From positions 1,140 through 65,139 of the forward strand of contig JBBAPH010000019.1 of the NCBI GenBank assembly GCA_040400935.1: a DNA stretch of 64,000 nucleotides, written 5' to 3'. Below the pieces are notes generated by a model that did not search any database, was not told the DNA's origin, and saw only the letters and a list, made by a program, of their open reading frames with translations. Shown piece after piece: positions 10,124 to 19,073 of the stretch. A program made the translations under genes and the position numbers. Each line of letters begins with the position of its first letter. Positions within the stretch are counted from its first letter, which is position 1. This DNA comes from Polaromonas sp. GTDB taxonomy: Bacteria > Pseudomonadota > Gammaproteobacteria > Burkholderiales > Burkholderiaceae_C.

Positions 10124-11200
10124 ATGTTTTACAGAGAAAACGGCCAATTCAAGACCAGCTACAAGGCCGATCAAGCCATCTTTCCCATCGCGCAAGACCG
10201 CTGGGCGATCGCGCTGTTGCTGGCCTTTGCGTTTTTGGTGGTGCCGATGTTGGCCACAGACTATGTGTTTCGCGCCATCCTGATTCCCTTCGTCATCATG
10301 TCGCTGGCCGCGCTGGGCGTGAATGTCTTGGTCGGTTACTGCGGACAGATCTCGCTGGGCTCGGGCGCTTTCATGGCGGTGGGGGCCTACGGGGCTTACA
10401 ACTTCTTTGTGCGCGTGCCCGACATGCCGCTGATCCCGGCGCTGCTGCTGGGCGGCTTGTGCGCCACGGTGTTTGGCATCTTTTTTGGCTTGCCCAGTTT
10501 GCGCGTCAAGGGCTTGTACCTGGCGGTGGCCACGCTGGCGGCGCAGTTCTTCAGTGACTGGCTGTTCCTGCGCATCAAGTGGCTGACCAATGACTCGCCC
10601 TCGGGCTCGGTGTCTGTCAACAACCTGCAGGTCTTCGGCCTGCCCATCGAGAGTGCCGCCAGCAAGTACTTGTTTTGCCTGGCCTTGCTGACCATCATTG
10701 CCCTGCTGGTCAAGAACCTGGTGCGCGGCGCCATTGGCCGGGAATGGATGGCGATCCGCGACATGGACGTGGCGGCAGCCGTGATTGGCATTCGCCCCAT
10801 GTACGCCAAGCTCAGCGCCTTTGCCGTGAGCTCGTTCATCATTGGCGTGGCCGGTGGCCTGTGGGCCTTTATTTACCTGGGGGCCTGGGAGCCGGCAGCT
10901 TTCTCGGTGGAGATTTCGTTTCGCCTGCTGTTCATGGTGATCATCGGCGGCCTGGGCTCCATCATGGGCGGCTTTTTTGGCGCCGCTTTCATTGTGATCT
11001 TGCCGATCTTGCTCAACCAATTTCTGCCTGATCTGGCGGGTCTGTTCGGCGTGAGCATGTCGACGGCCGGTGTGTCCCATGCCGAGCTCATGATCTTTGG
11101 CGCTTTGATCGTGTGGTTCCTCATCGTCGAGCCCCACGGCCTGGCCAAGCTCTGGTCGATTGGCAAGCAAAAGCTTCGCCTGTGGCCCTTTCCCCATTGA
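10124..11200 (+). CDS. Liv-type ABC transporter permease (LivM-like)
   Basis: GYCGQISLG, LRVKGLYLAVATL, GREWMAIRD, MVIIGGLGS motifs. Confidence 0.9.
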   Translation: MFYRENGQFKTSYKADQAIFPIAQDRWAIALLLAFAFLVVPMLATDYVFRAILIPFVIMSLAALGVNVLVGYCGQISLGSGAFMAVGAYGAYNFFVRVPDMPLIPALLLGGLCATVFGIFFGLPSLRVKGLYLAVATLAAQFFSDWLFLRIKWLTNDSPSGSVSVNNLQVFGLPIESAASKYLFCLALLTIIALLVKNLVRGAIGREWMAIRDMDVAAAVIGIRPMYAKLSAFAVSSFIIGVAGGLWAFIYLGAWEPAAFSVEISFRLLFMVIIGGLGSIMGGFFGAAFIVILPILLNQFLPDLAGLFGVSMSTAGVSHAELMIFGALIVWFLIVEPHGLAKLWSIGKQKLRLWPFPH

Positions 11201-11221
11201 CCCAATGACCCATTGACCCAT
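11198..11221 (+). repeat. Short tandem repeat 3 x TGACCCA(A/T)
   Basis: TGACCCAA TGACCCAT TGACCCAT starting at the permease stop codon. Confidence 0.7.
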
Positions 11222-11278
11222 GAATGACCGCGCAGACGGCCAGCTTCTTATTTCCCGTTTTTCACTCAGGAGACAACC

Positions 11279-12604
11279 ATGAACCTTCGCAAATTAGTTC
11301 TCAACGCCACGCTGCTGGCCACGGCGGCGCTCAGCGCCGGCGCGGCCCTGGCGCAAGCCAAAGAGCAGTTCTTCCCGCTGCTGTCCTACCGCACCGGACC
11401 CTACGCGCCCAACGGCACGCCTTGGGCCAACGGCAAGCAGGACTACATCAAGCTCATCAATGCCCGCGACGGCGGCGTCAACGGCGTCAAGCTCACTTTT
11501 GAAGAGTGCGAAACCGGCTACGCCACCGACCGCGGCGTGGAGTGCTACGAGCGCCTCAAAGGCCGCCCTGGCGTGGCCGTGTTTGACCCGCAAGCCACGG
11601 GCATCACTTTTGCGCTGACGGAAAAAGTCGAAAAAGACAAGATCCCCCTGATCACGCTGGGCTACGGCCTGTCGGTGGCGCAGGACGGCACAGCGTTCAA
11701 GTGGAACTTCCCGCTGATGGGCAGCTACTGGACCGGCGCTGATATCTTGCTGCAGCATTTGGCCAAGAAAGAAGGCGGCTGGGACAAGCTCAAGGGCAAG
11801 AAAGTTGCCTTGGTCTACCACGACAGCCCGTTTGGCAAAGAGCCTATCCCCGTGCTGCAAGAGCGCGAGAAGATGCACGGCTTCCAACTCAGCCTGATCC
11901 CCGTGACCGCGCCTGGCGTGGAGCAGAAAGCCGCTTGGTTGCAGGTGCGCCAGCAGCGTCCTGACTTCGTGCTGCTGTGGGGCTGGGGCGTGATGAACTC
12001 CACCGCGCTCAAAGAAGCACAAGCCACCGGCTACCCCCGCGACAAGATGTATGGCGTGTGGTGGGCAGGCGCCGAGCCTGATGTGAAAGACGTCGGCGAA
12101 GGTGCCAAGGGCTACAACGCTTTGGCCCTGAACGGCTTTGGCGCGCAATCCAAAGTGGCCCAGGACATCCTCAAGTACGTGCACGGCAAAGGCCAGGGTA
12201 CCGGCCCCAAAGACGAAGTGGGTTCGGTGCTGTACACCCGCGGCGTGATCATCCAGATGCTGACCGTGGAAGCCGTTCGCCGCGCGCAAGAGCGCTTTGG
12301 CAAGGGCAAAGTCATGACGGGCGAGCAAGTTCGCTGGGGCCTGGAGAACTTGGCACTGGACCAAAAGAAACTCGACGCCCTGGGCTTTAACAACCTGATG
12401 CGCCCGCTGTCCACCAGCTGCCAAGACCACATGGGTTCGACCTGGGCCCGCGTGCACACCTGGGACGGCGCCAAGTGGGGCTTCAGCTCCGACTGGTACC
12501 AGGCCGACGAGCAGATCATCAAGCCCATGGTCAAGGCCGGCTCTGAAAAGTACCTGGCCGACAAGAAGCTGACCCGCCGGACACCGCAAGACTGCCAGTC
12601 CTGA
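11279..12604 (+). CDS. ABC transporter substrate-binding protein (periplasmic binding protein type 1, Liv-like)
   Basis: Signal peptide ending ALAQA; RTGPYAPNG and RDGGVNGVKL motifs; operon context. Confidence 0.9.
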   Translation: MNLRKLVLNATLLATAALSAGAALAQAKEQFFPLLSYRTGPYAPNGTPWANGKQDYIKLINARDGGVNGVKLTFEECETGYATDRGVECYERLKGRPGVAVFDPQATGITFALTEKVEKDKIPLITLGYGLSVAQDGTAFKWNFPLMGSYWTGADILLQHLAKKEGGWDKLKGKKVALVYHDSPFGKEPIPVLQEREKMHGFQLSLIPVTAPGVEQKAAWLQVRQQRPDFVLLWGWGVMNSTALKEAQATGYPRDKMYGVWWAGAEPDVKDVGEGAKGYNALALNGFGAQSKVAQDILKYVHGKGQGTGPKDEVGSVLYTRGVIIQMLTVEAVRRAQERFGKGKVMTGEQVRWGLENLALDQKKLDALGFNNLMRPLSTSCQDHMGSTWARVHTWDGAKWGFSSDWYQADEQIIKPMVKAGSEKYLADKKLTRRTPQDCQS

Positions 12605-12686
12605 TGGGGCTCTCCCCGGGGCGCTTCGCGCCTCCCCTCAAGGGGCGACACCAGCGGCCCGGCAAAGCCGGTTCCGCGGTGTCCCT
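12605..12686. repeat. REP-like palindromic repeat, family A copy 2
   Basis: CCCC-TCAA-GGGG hairpin, then long stem GACACC-A-GCGG-CCCGGC-AAA-GCCGG-TT-CCGC-GGTGTC; shares its core with 10041-10066. Confidence 0.75.
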
Positions 12687-12792
12687 CGGTTGGGATGGGA
12701 TTGCTTCCACCGGGAACGCGGCTGCAGTGGCAGCCGCCAGATGAAAGAGTCCAGCAGGGCTCTTTCATCTGTTCACCAAAGCAAGGTTCATC

Positions 12793-13602
12793 ATGGACGG
12801 CAACAACATCGTTCTCAACGTCAATGGCATTGAGGTCATCTACAACCATGTGATCCTGGTGCTCAAGGGCGTGTCCCTGCAAGTGCCGCAGGGCCGTATC
12901 GTCGCCATCCTGGGCGGCAACGGCGCTGGCAAGACCACGACCTTGCGCGCCATTTCCAACTTGCTCAAGGGCGAGCGCGGCGAAGTCACCAAGGGTAGCA
13001 TTGAGCTGCGCGGTGAGCGTATTGAAAATTTGTCGCCGGCCGACCTGGTGCAGCGCGGCGTGGTGCAGGTGATGGAAGGCCGGCATTGTTTTGCCCACCT
13101 CACCATTGAAGAAAACCTGATGACCGGCTCTTACACCCGCAGCAACAAGGCCGAGATCGCCGCCAACCTGGAAAAGGTCTACAACTACTTTCCCCGCCTG
13201 AAAACCCGGCGCACCTCGCAAGCGGCCTACACATCAGGTGGTGAGCAGCAAATGTGCGCGATTGGCCGCGCGCTGATGGCCAATCCCAGCATGGTGCTGC
13301 TAGACGAACCCTCCATGGGCCTGGCGCCGCAGATCGTCGAAGAAGTCTTCAACATCGTCAAAGACCTCAACGAGAAAGAAAAAGTCACCTTCTTGCTGGC
13401 CGAGCAAAACACCAACATGGCACTGAAATACGCGGACTACGGCTACATCATGGAGAGCGGCCGCGTGGTGATGGACGGCGCGGCCAAGGACCTGGCCAGC
13501 AACGAGGACGTGAAAGAGTTCTACCTCGGCGTGGGCGGTGGCGAGCGCAAGAGCTTCAAGGACGTCAAGAGCTACAAGCGCCGCAAGCGCTGGTTGGCAT
13601 GA
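12793..13602 (+). CDS. Liv-type ABC transporter ATP-binding protein (LivF-like)
   Basis: GGNGAGKTT, TSGGEQQM, LLDEPSMGLAP, AEQN. Confidence 0.9.
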   Translation: MDGNNIVLNVNGIEVIYNHVILVLKGVSLQVPQGRIVAILGGNGAGKTTTLRAISNLLKGERGEVTKGSIELRGERIENLSPADLVQRGVVQVMEGRHCFAHLTIEENLMTGSYTRSNKAEIAANLEKVYNYFPRLKTRRTSQAAYTSGGEQQMCAIGRALMANPSMVLLDEPSMGLAPQIVEEVFNIVKDLNEKEKVTFLLAEQNTNMALKYADYGYIMESGRVVMDGAAKDLASNEDVKEFYLGVGGGERKSFKDVKSYKRRKRWLA

Positions 13603-14861
13603 GGACCGGCGCCATGAACAACTTTTTTGACCCACTGGAAACACGTGCGAGCGCTGAGCGCGAAGCCGCGCTGATGGCAGCACTGCCCGCGCAAATTCGC
13701 CACGCCCAGCAGCACAGCCTCGCTGGGTCGCGCCTGCTGCAAGGTGTGGATGCCTCGCGAATTACCTCACGGCAGGTCCTGGCTGGCGTGCCAGTCACGC
13801 GCAAGCACGAGCTGCTGGAACTGCAAAAAGCCTCGCGCCCGCAAGACGCCTTTGGCGGCTTTGCCGCGGTGGTGCGTGGCCCGCAGATGCCGCGTATCTT
13901 TGCCTCGCCCGGCCCGATTTACGAGCCTGACGTCGCTGGCAGGGACTACTGGCGCATCGGCCGCGCCATGTTCGCTGCCGGGTTTCGCAGCGGCGATTTG
14001 GTGCACAACGCCTTCAGTTACCACATGACACCCGGCGCCTTCATGATGGAGTCGGGCGCTCACGCCGTGGGCTGCTCGGTGTTTCCAGCCGGCACCGGAC
14101 AGACCGAACAGCAGCTCGCCGCCATCGTCGACCTGCAGTCCCAGGGCTACAGCGGCACGCCCAGCTTTCTGCGCATCCTGCTGGAAAAAGCCAAGGAAGC
14201 CGGCGTCGATGTGTCATCCATCAAAAAGGGCCTGGTCAGCGGCGAGGCCTGCCCGCCCAGCCTGCGCGAGTGGTTTGGCGCGCAGGGCGTGGATGTTTAC
14301 CAGTGCTATGCCACGGCGGATCTGGGTCTGATCGCCTATGAAACTCAATCCCGCGAAGGCTTGGTGATTGATGAAGGGGTGATCGTCGAGATCGTGCGCC
14401 CCGGCACCGGCGACCCGGTGCCCGAGGGCGAGGTGGGCGAGCTGGTGGTGACCACGCTCAACCCGCACTACCCGCTGATTCGCTTTGGCACCGGCGACTT
14501 GTCGGCGGTGCTGCCCGGCGCCTGCCCGAGCGGGCGCAGCAACAGCCGCATCAAGGGCTGGATGGGCCGCGCCGACCAGACCACCAAGGTCAAGGGCATG
14601 TTTGTGCACCCCGGCCAAGTGGCCGACATTGCCAAGCGCTTTCCCGAGGTGCTTCGCGCCCGGCTGGTCGTCAGTGGCGAGATGGCCAACGACCAGATGA
14701 CGCTCAAGGTCGAAGCCGACGGGTCGCCCGCCGGGCTTTCCGAGCGAATTGCCGAGGCCATGCGCGATGTCACCAAGCTGCGCGGCACGGTGGAGCTGCA
14801 CGCCGCCGGCAGCCTGCCCAATGACGGCAAGGTCATTGAAGACGCGCGCAGTTATCAATAG
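13599..14861 (+). CDS. Phenylacetate-CoA ligase (PaaK-like) family AMP-binding protein
   Basis: FASPGPIYEP, HNAFSYH, YATADLGLIAYE, LIRFGTGD, GWMGRADQTTKVKGMFVHP. Start at ATG 13599 (ATGA overlap) or 13614. Confidence 0.85.
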   Translation: MRTGAMNNFFDPLETRASAEREAALMAALPAQIRHAQQHSLAGSRLLQGVDASRITSRQVLAGVPVTRKHELLELQKASRPQDAFGGFAAVVRGPQMPRIFASPGPIYEPDVAGRDYWRIGRAMFAAGFRSGDLVHNAFSYHMTPGAFMMESGAHAVGCSVFPAGTGQTEQQLAAIVDLQSQGYSGTPSFLRILLEKAKEAGVDVSSIKKGLVSGEACPPSLREWFGAQGVDVYQCYATADLGLIAYETQSREGLVIDEGVIVEIVRPGTGDPVPEGEVGELVVTTLNPHYPLIRFGTGDLSAVLPGACPSGRSNSRIKGWMGRADQTTKVKGMFVHPGQVADIAKRFPEVLRARLVVSGEMANDQMTLKVEADGSPAGLSERIAEAMRDVTKLRGTVELHAAGSLPNDGKVIEDARSYQ

Positions 14862-14966
14862 CCGGTGATTGACCTTATTCGGGACTTGCCTTAGATACTT
14901 ACCGCCTAGGGATTTGTGGCCGGGCATCCTAGAATCAGGCCATCGTATTTATCCAGGAGACTTGTC

Positions 14967-15953
14967 ATGAAGAAATTACTCGCTCTGGCACTGGCCGCCA
15001 CCGCCGTGCTGGCTCAGGCCCAAACCTACCCCGGCACCAAGCCCATCAGCTTCGTTGTGCCTTTCGCTGCAGGCGGCCCGACCGACCGCGTCGCGCGCGA
15101 CCTGGGTGAAGCCATGCGCAAAGCCATGGGTGGCACGGCCAATTTTGTGGTCGAGAACGTCAACGGTGCTGGTGGCACGATTGCCGTGACCAAAGTGTCG
15201 AAGGCTGCGCCCGACGGCCACACCCTGCTGGTGCACCACATCGGCATGGCCGCTGCGCCCGCCCTGTACCGCAAGCTGTCGTACAAAGTGCCTGACGATT
15301 TCGAATTCCTGGGCATGATCAACGAAGTGCCGATGACCCTGATTGGCAAGCCCCAGTTGCCGGCCAACACCTACCGCGATTTTGAAAACTACATCCGCGC
15401 CAACTCGGGCAAGCTGAACATTGCCCACGCCGGCTTGGGTTCAGCCTCGCACCTGTGCGGTTTGATGTGGCAGTCCCGTCTGCAAGCCAGCGAAGCCATG
15501 ACCACCATTCCGTTCAGCGGCACGGCACCCGCCATGAATGCGCTGGTGGGCGGTCAGGTCGACATGATGTGTGACCAGACCACCAACACCACGGGCCAGA
15601 TCGAGGCCGGCCGCGTCAAGGCTTTCGCCGTGACGACTGCCAAGCCGCTGTCGGGTAACAAGCTGCTCAAGGACTACCCCACGCTCAACGAGATGGGCAT
15701 GAAAGGCTTTGACCTGACGATCTGGCACGGCCTGTATGCCCCTAAAGGCACGCCACCCGCCGTGCTGACGCAGCTGAACAACGCGCTGAAAATCGCCTTG
15801 AAAGACCCCGAGTTCGTCAAGAAGCAAGAAGGCCTGGGCGCCGTTGTCGTCAACGACAAGCGCGTAGAGCCCGCCGCTCACCGCGCCTTCGTGGTGTCTG
15901 AGCTGGCCAAGCTCAAGCCCGTGATCGAAGCCGCCGGCAAATTCGCTGACTGA
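14967..15953 (+). CDS. Bug/TctC tripartite tricarboxylate transporter substrate-binding protein
   Basis: Signal peptide, [41 protein letters not shown]; AGGAG RBS upstream. Confidence 0.9.
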   Translation: MKKLLALALAATAVLAQAQTYPGTKPISFVVPFAAGGPTDRVARDLGEAMRKAMGGTANFVVENVNGAGGTIAVTKVSKAAPDGHTLLVHHIGMAAAPALYRKLSYKVPDDFEFLGMINEVPMTLIGKPQLPANTYRDFENYIRANSGKLNIAHAGLGSASHLCGLMWQSRLQASEAMTTIPFSGTAPAMNALVGGQVDMMCDQTTNTTGQIEAGRVKAFAVTTAKPLSGNKLLKDYPTLNEMGMKGFDLTIWHGLYAPKGTPPAVLTQLNNALKIALKDPEFVKKQEGLGAVVVNDKRVEPAAHRAFVVSELAKLKPVIEAAGKFAD

Positions 15954-15964
15954 TTCCGGTGACC

Positions 15965-16001
15965 AAAAAACCGCCTCGCTCAACAGCTAGGCGGTTTTTT
16001 T
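15965..16001. terminator. Rho-independent terminator
   Basis: AAAAAACCGCCT ... AGGCGGTTTTTTT directly after the Bug stop codon. Confidence 0.8.
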
Positions 16002-16077
16002 ACGTCCACCCATCAGCCCCGCACCCCGGGGCACCGCACTACAAAATCAAATAACTGACCTCACTGGAGATTTCCCC

Positions 16078-17091
16078 ATGCCTTTGAAACCACACACCAA
16101 ACGCCGCACCCTGGGCTTGCTGGGCGCCACGGCCCTGAGCCTGGCGGCTTTGAGCTTGCCCGTCGCCGCGCAGAACGCCTGGCCGACCAAACCGGTGCGC
16201 ATCGTCGTGCCTTTTGCCGCAGGCGGCACCACGGATATCCTGGCGCGCGCCGTCGCGCCTGAGCTGACCAAGGCCTTTGGCCAAAGCTTCATCATCGACA
16301 ACAAGGGCGGTGCGGGTGGCAACCTGGGCGCGGACCTCGTGGCCAAGTCGGCACCAGACGGCTACAACATCGTGATGGGCACAGTCGGCACGCACGGCAT
16401 CAACAAGGCGCTGTACGACAAGATGCCTTTTGACCCGGTCAAGGACTTTGCGCCCATCACCTTGGTGGCTGGCGTGCCCAACGTGATGGTGGTCAACGCT
16501 GAAAAAGCCAAGGCCCTGGGCATCAACAACGTGGCCGACTTCATCAAGTACGCCAAGGCCAACCCCGGCAAACTGAACATGGCGTCTAGCGGCAACGGCA
16601 CGTCCATTCACCTGGCGGGCGAGTTATTCAAGACCATGACCGGCACCTTCATGGTTCACTTTCCGTACCGCGGCTCCAGCCCGGCTTTGCTCGACTTGAT
16701 CGCCGGCAACATGGACGTGATGTTCGACAACCTGCCCTCGTCCATGCCCCACATCAAGAGCGGCAAACTCAAAGCCTTGGCCGTGACCAGCTCACAGCGC
16801 TCGGCCGTGTTGCCCGACGTGCCCACGGTGGAAGAAGCCGGCAAGCTCAAAGGCTTTGAGGCGAGCAGCTGGTTCGGCCTGCTGGCGCCCGCCGGTACGC
16901 CGCCCGACGTCGTCAGCCGCATTCAGCAGGAAGTGGCCAAGTCTTTGTCCACCCCCGGCATGAAAGAAAAGCTCTTGGCTCAGGGCGCAATTCCCAGCGG
17001 CAACACGCCTCAAGAATTCGCCAAGCTGATCAACTCTGAAATCACCAAGTGGGCTCAAGTGGTCAAGGCCTCTGGCGCCAAAGTCGACTGA
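16078..17091 (+). CDS. Bug/TctC family substrate-binding protein (second copy)
   Basis: [49 protein letters not shown]. Confidence 0.92.
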   Translation: MPLKPHTKRRTLGLLGATALSLAALSLPVAAQNAWPTKPVRIVVPFAAGGTTDILARAVAPELTKAFGQSFIIDNKGGAGGNLGADLVAKSAPDGYNIVMGTVGTHGINKALYDKMPFDPVKDFAPITLVAGVPNVMVVNAEKAKALGINNVADFIKYAKANPGKLNMASSGNGTSIHLAGELFKTMTGTFMVHFPYRGSSPALLDLIAGNMDVMFDNLPSSMPHIKSGKLKALAVTSSQRSAVLPDVPTVEEAGKLKGFEASSWFGLLAPAGTPPDVVSRIQQEVAKSLSTPGMKEKLLAQGAIPSGNTPQEFAKLINSEITKWAQVVKASGAKVD

Positions 17092-17106
17092 AGTAATTCG
17101 CCCCGC

Positions 17107-17433
17107 TCAGACGCCCCAGACCACGGGGTCGCCCTGAGCGTGGGCTGACTTGAGCAACTCCAGGAAGGGCTGGGCCCGCTGGCGCAAGCTGACGTTGTCG
17201 CCGCGCACCGGTGGTGGGCCCTTGCCGGCTTCGTAGTCGGCTTGCTGCTGGGCCAGTTGCTCTTCTTCTTGGACGATGGCCGCACGCGCGGCGCTCTGTG
17301 CGGCTGGCATGTCTTCAGACAAGATGATGCCCTTGGCGCCCGGCTCTTTGCCAATGATCTCCAGCAGGCGCCGGCCATGCGGCTCGAGCATGATCACATC
17401 GCCTGCGTTGCGCGTCTTGAATTTGTAGAGCAT
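17107..17433 (-). CDS. DUF1840 family protein
   Basis: MLYKFKTRNAGDVIML...IIGK start and VSLRQRAQPFLELL...VVWGV end typical of the family; ATG at 17433. Confidence 0.8.
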   Translation of the reverse strand: MLYKFKTRNAGDVIMLEPHGRRLLEIIGKEPGAKGIILSEDMPAAQSAARAAIVQEEEQLAQQQADYEAGKGPPPVRGDNVSLRQRAQPFLELLKSAHAQGDPVVWGV

Positions 17434-17546
17434 GGGCCGCTTTCCTGTCCGGTGCAAAGCGCAAATTATCAACCTCGCGAGGGTCGCCACGTGTAGTCCG
17501 GGCGCGCACAGCAAAGCGCCTGAACACATCAGGCGAAAATAGCCTG

Positions 17547-18296
17547 ATGTTCTCGATCGCCACACCTCCCAAATCTGCCGCCCAGGGCTTGGCCCAAGAC
17601 GGGCTCAGCCTCTTGCAAGCCCCAGCGCTGCTTGCCACGCTCAGCCTGGACCAGCAACTCTGGCAAGCGAATTGGCCGCGTCTGGCTGAATCTTGGGGCC
17701 GTCTGCCGCCAGACCAGCACCTCAAGGACGGCGGGCGCTACCGCAAGCGCCGCCACAGCTGCTATGTGCAGACCCTGGCCAACGATAGCTTGGCGATCAC
17801 CCCGCCCCGGCCGCACTGGCAACCGACTGAGTACAACGCGCTGCACGGCGGCTTCGAGCGCTGGTTCGACCCGATCGAGCCGGCCGTGGCGACAGACCCC
17901 GTGTGGCTGGCGCTGCTGCAAAACCTGGGCAAGCTATTTGCACAGGTGCGCCCCACCGCCCAATGGTCTGTCGAAGCCCATCAGTTCCGCATCGACACCG
18001 CCTCCGGCGTCGGCAGGCCCACGCCTGAAGGCGCGCACCGGGACGGTGTGGACTTTGTGGTGGTAATGCTGGTGGACCGGCAAGGCGTCAAGGGGGGCGA
18101 GACGCGCGTGTTTGACGCGCACGGGCCGAACGGCGTGCGTTTTGAAATGACACAACCTTTGACCACCTTGCTGCTGGACGACGCCCGCGTGATTCACGAG
18201 ACCACGACCATCCAATCGCAAGACCCAGCGCAAGTCGGCTGGCGCGACACCTTGGTGCTGACCTACCGCGCTGACGGCTTCCAAGCCAAGGCTTGA
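17547..18296 (+). CDS. 2OG-Fe(II) dioxygenase (2OG-Fe_Oxy_2/BsmA/IDO-like family)
   Basis: GGRYRKRR, AHQFRI, PEGAHRDG (HxD), GGET, distal HET and RDTLVLTY. Confidence 0.8.
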   Translation: MFSIATPPKSAAQGLAQDGLSLLQAPALLATLSLDQQLWQANWPRLAESWGRLPPDQHLKDGGRYRKRRHSCYVQTLANDSLAITPPRPHWQPTEYNALHGGFERWFDPIEPAVATDPVWLALLQNLGKLFAQVRPTAQWSVEAHQFRIDTASGVGRPTPEGAHRDGVDFVVVMLVDRQGVKGGETRVFDAHGPNGVRFEMTQPLTTLLLDDARVIHETTTIQSQDPAQVGWRDTLVLTYRADGFQAKA

Positions 18297-18369
18297 CGAG
18301 CCTGCAGCAGCGCCACCACAGGCGCGCTGTCTGACATTGCCCAGCGGCTGCGCGTAGCCAGATGGCGCG

Positions 18370-19005
18370 GTGCACGACGATGAATCTCAAGACGGCTTGC
18401 CACCTCACGGCCTGGAGAACGTCAGGGGCGAGGACTTCTCGACCCAGCGCCAAGTGCCGCCGCAGTGCGAACAAGCGCTGCTGATTGTTGACTTCATCAC
18501 GCCACTCAACTTCGAGGGGGCAGAGCATCTTGTTCCCGAGGCGGTAGCGGCAGCGCGCGCATTGGGCTGCCTGCGCCAACGGATGGTCCAGGCGGGGGTG
18601 CCGGTGGTCTATGCCAACGACAACTACGGCCTGTGGCAGTCCAACTTTCGGGCGATGGTGGCGTATTGCCTGCGCCAGCCGGGTGAGGTCGGCGAGATCA
18701 CGCTGCTGGTGGCGCCCGGGCCACAAGACATCGCCATTCTCAAGCCCAGGCATTCAGCGTTTTACGGCACGCCCTTGGAGTTGTTGCTGGACCAAATGAA
18801 GGTCGAGCGTCTGGTACTGGCAGGCTTGTCGACCGACATGTGCGTGCAGATGACTGCCATGGACGCCTACGTGCGCAGCTACCCGACCTGGGTGCCGGCC
18901 GACTGCACAGCTGCTGCCAGCCCAGACGCCAAGGCTCAAGCGCTGCGCTACATGGCAGAGACTCTCAAATGCGACATCCGACCCAGTCCGGAACCTCCGC
19001 AGTAG
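18370..19005 (+). CDS. Isochorismatase/cysteine hydrolase family protein
   Basis: Catalytic triad motifs LLIVDF (Asp), LKPRHSAFY (Lys) and GLSTDMCV (Cys). Confidence 0.85.
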   Translation: MHDDESQDGLPPHGLENVRGEDFSTQRQVPPQCEQALLIVDFITPLNFEGAEHLVPEAVAAARALGCLRQRMVQAGVPVVYANDNYGLWQSNFRAMVAYCLRQPGEVGEITLLVAPGPQDIAILKPRHSAFYGTPLELLLDQMKVERLVLAGLSTDMCVQMTAMDAYVRSYPTWVPADCTAAASPDAKAQALRYMAETLKCDIRPSPEPPQ

Positions 19006-19073
19006 CCGCTGGATGACGTGCCATTTGGACTGGCCCCGACAGCAGGCTTGCCAAGCGCTTTTAAGGTCTGCGC

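Noticed and set aside
8195-11221. 1008-aa antisense ORF spanning three ABC genes
   Set aside because: The three sense genes (8183, 9056, 10124) happen to share one reading frame, so the GC-biased antisense frame stays open. The translation has no recognisable motif.
11294-12589. 431-aa antisense ORF opposite the binding-protein gene
   Set aside because: Shadow of a well-supported gene; no motifs.
13254-13598. 115-aa N-terminal extension of the PaaK-like ligase in the ORF track
   Set aside because: Overlaps the LivF-like gene out of frame; the family-like sequence begins near 13599/13614.
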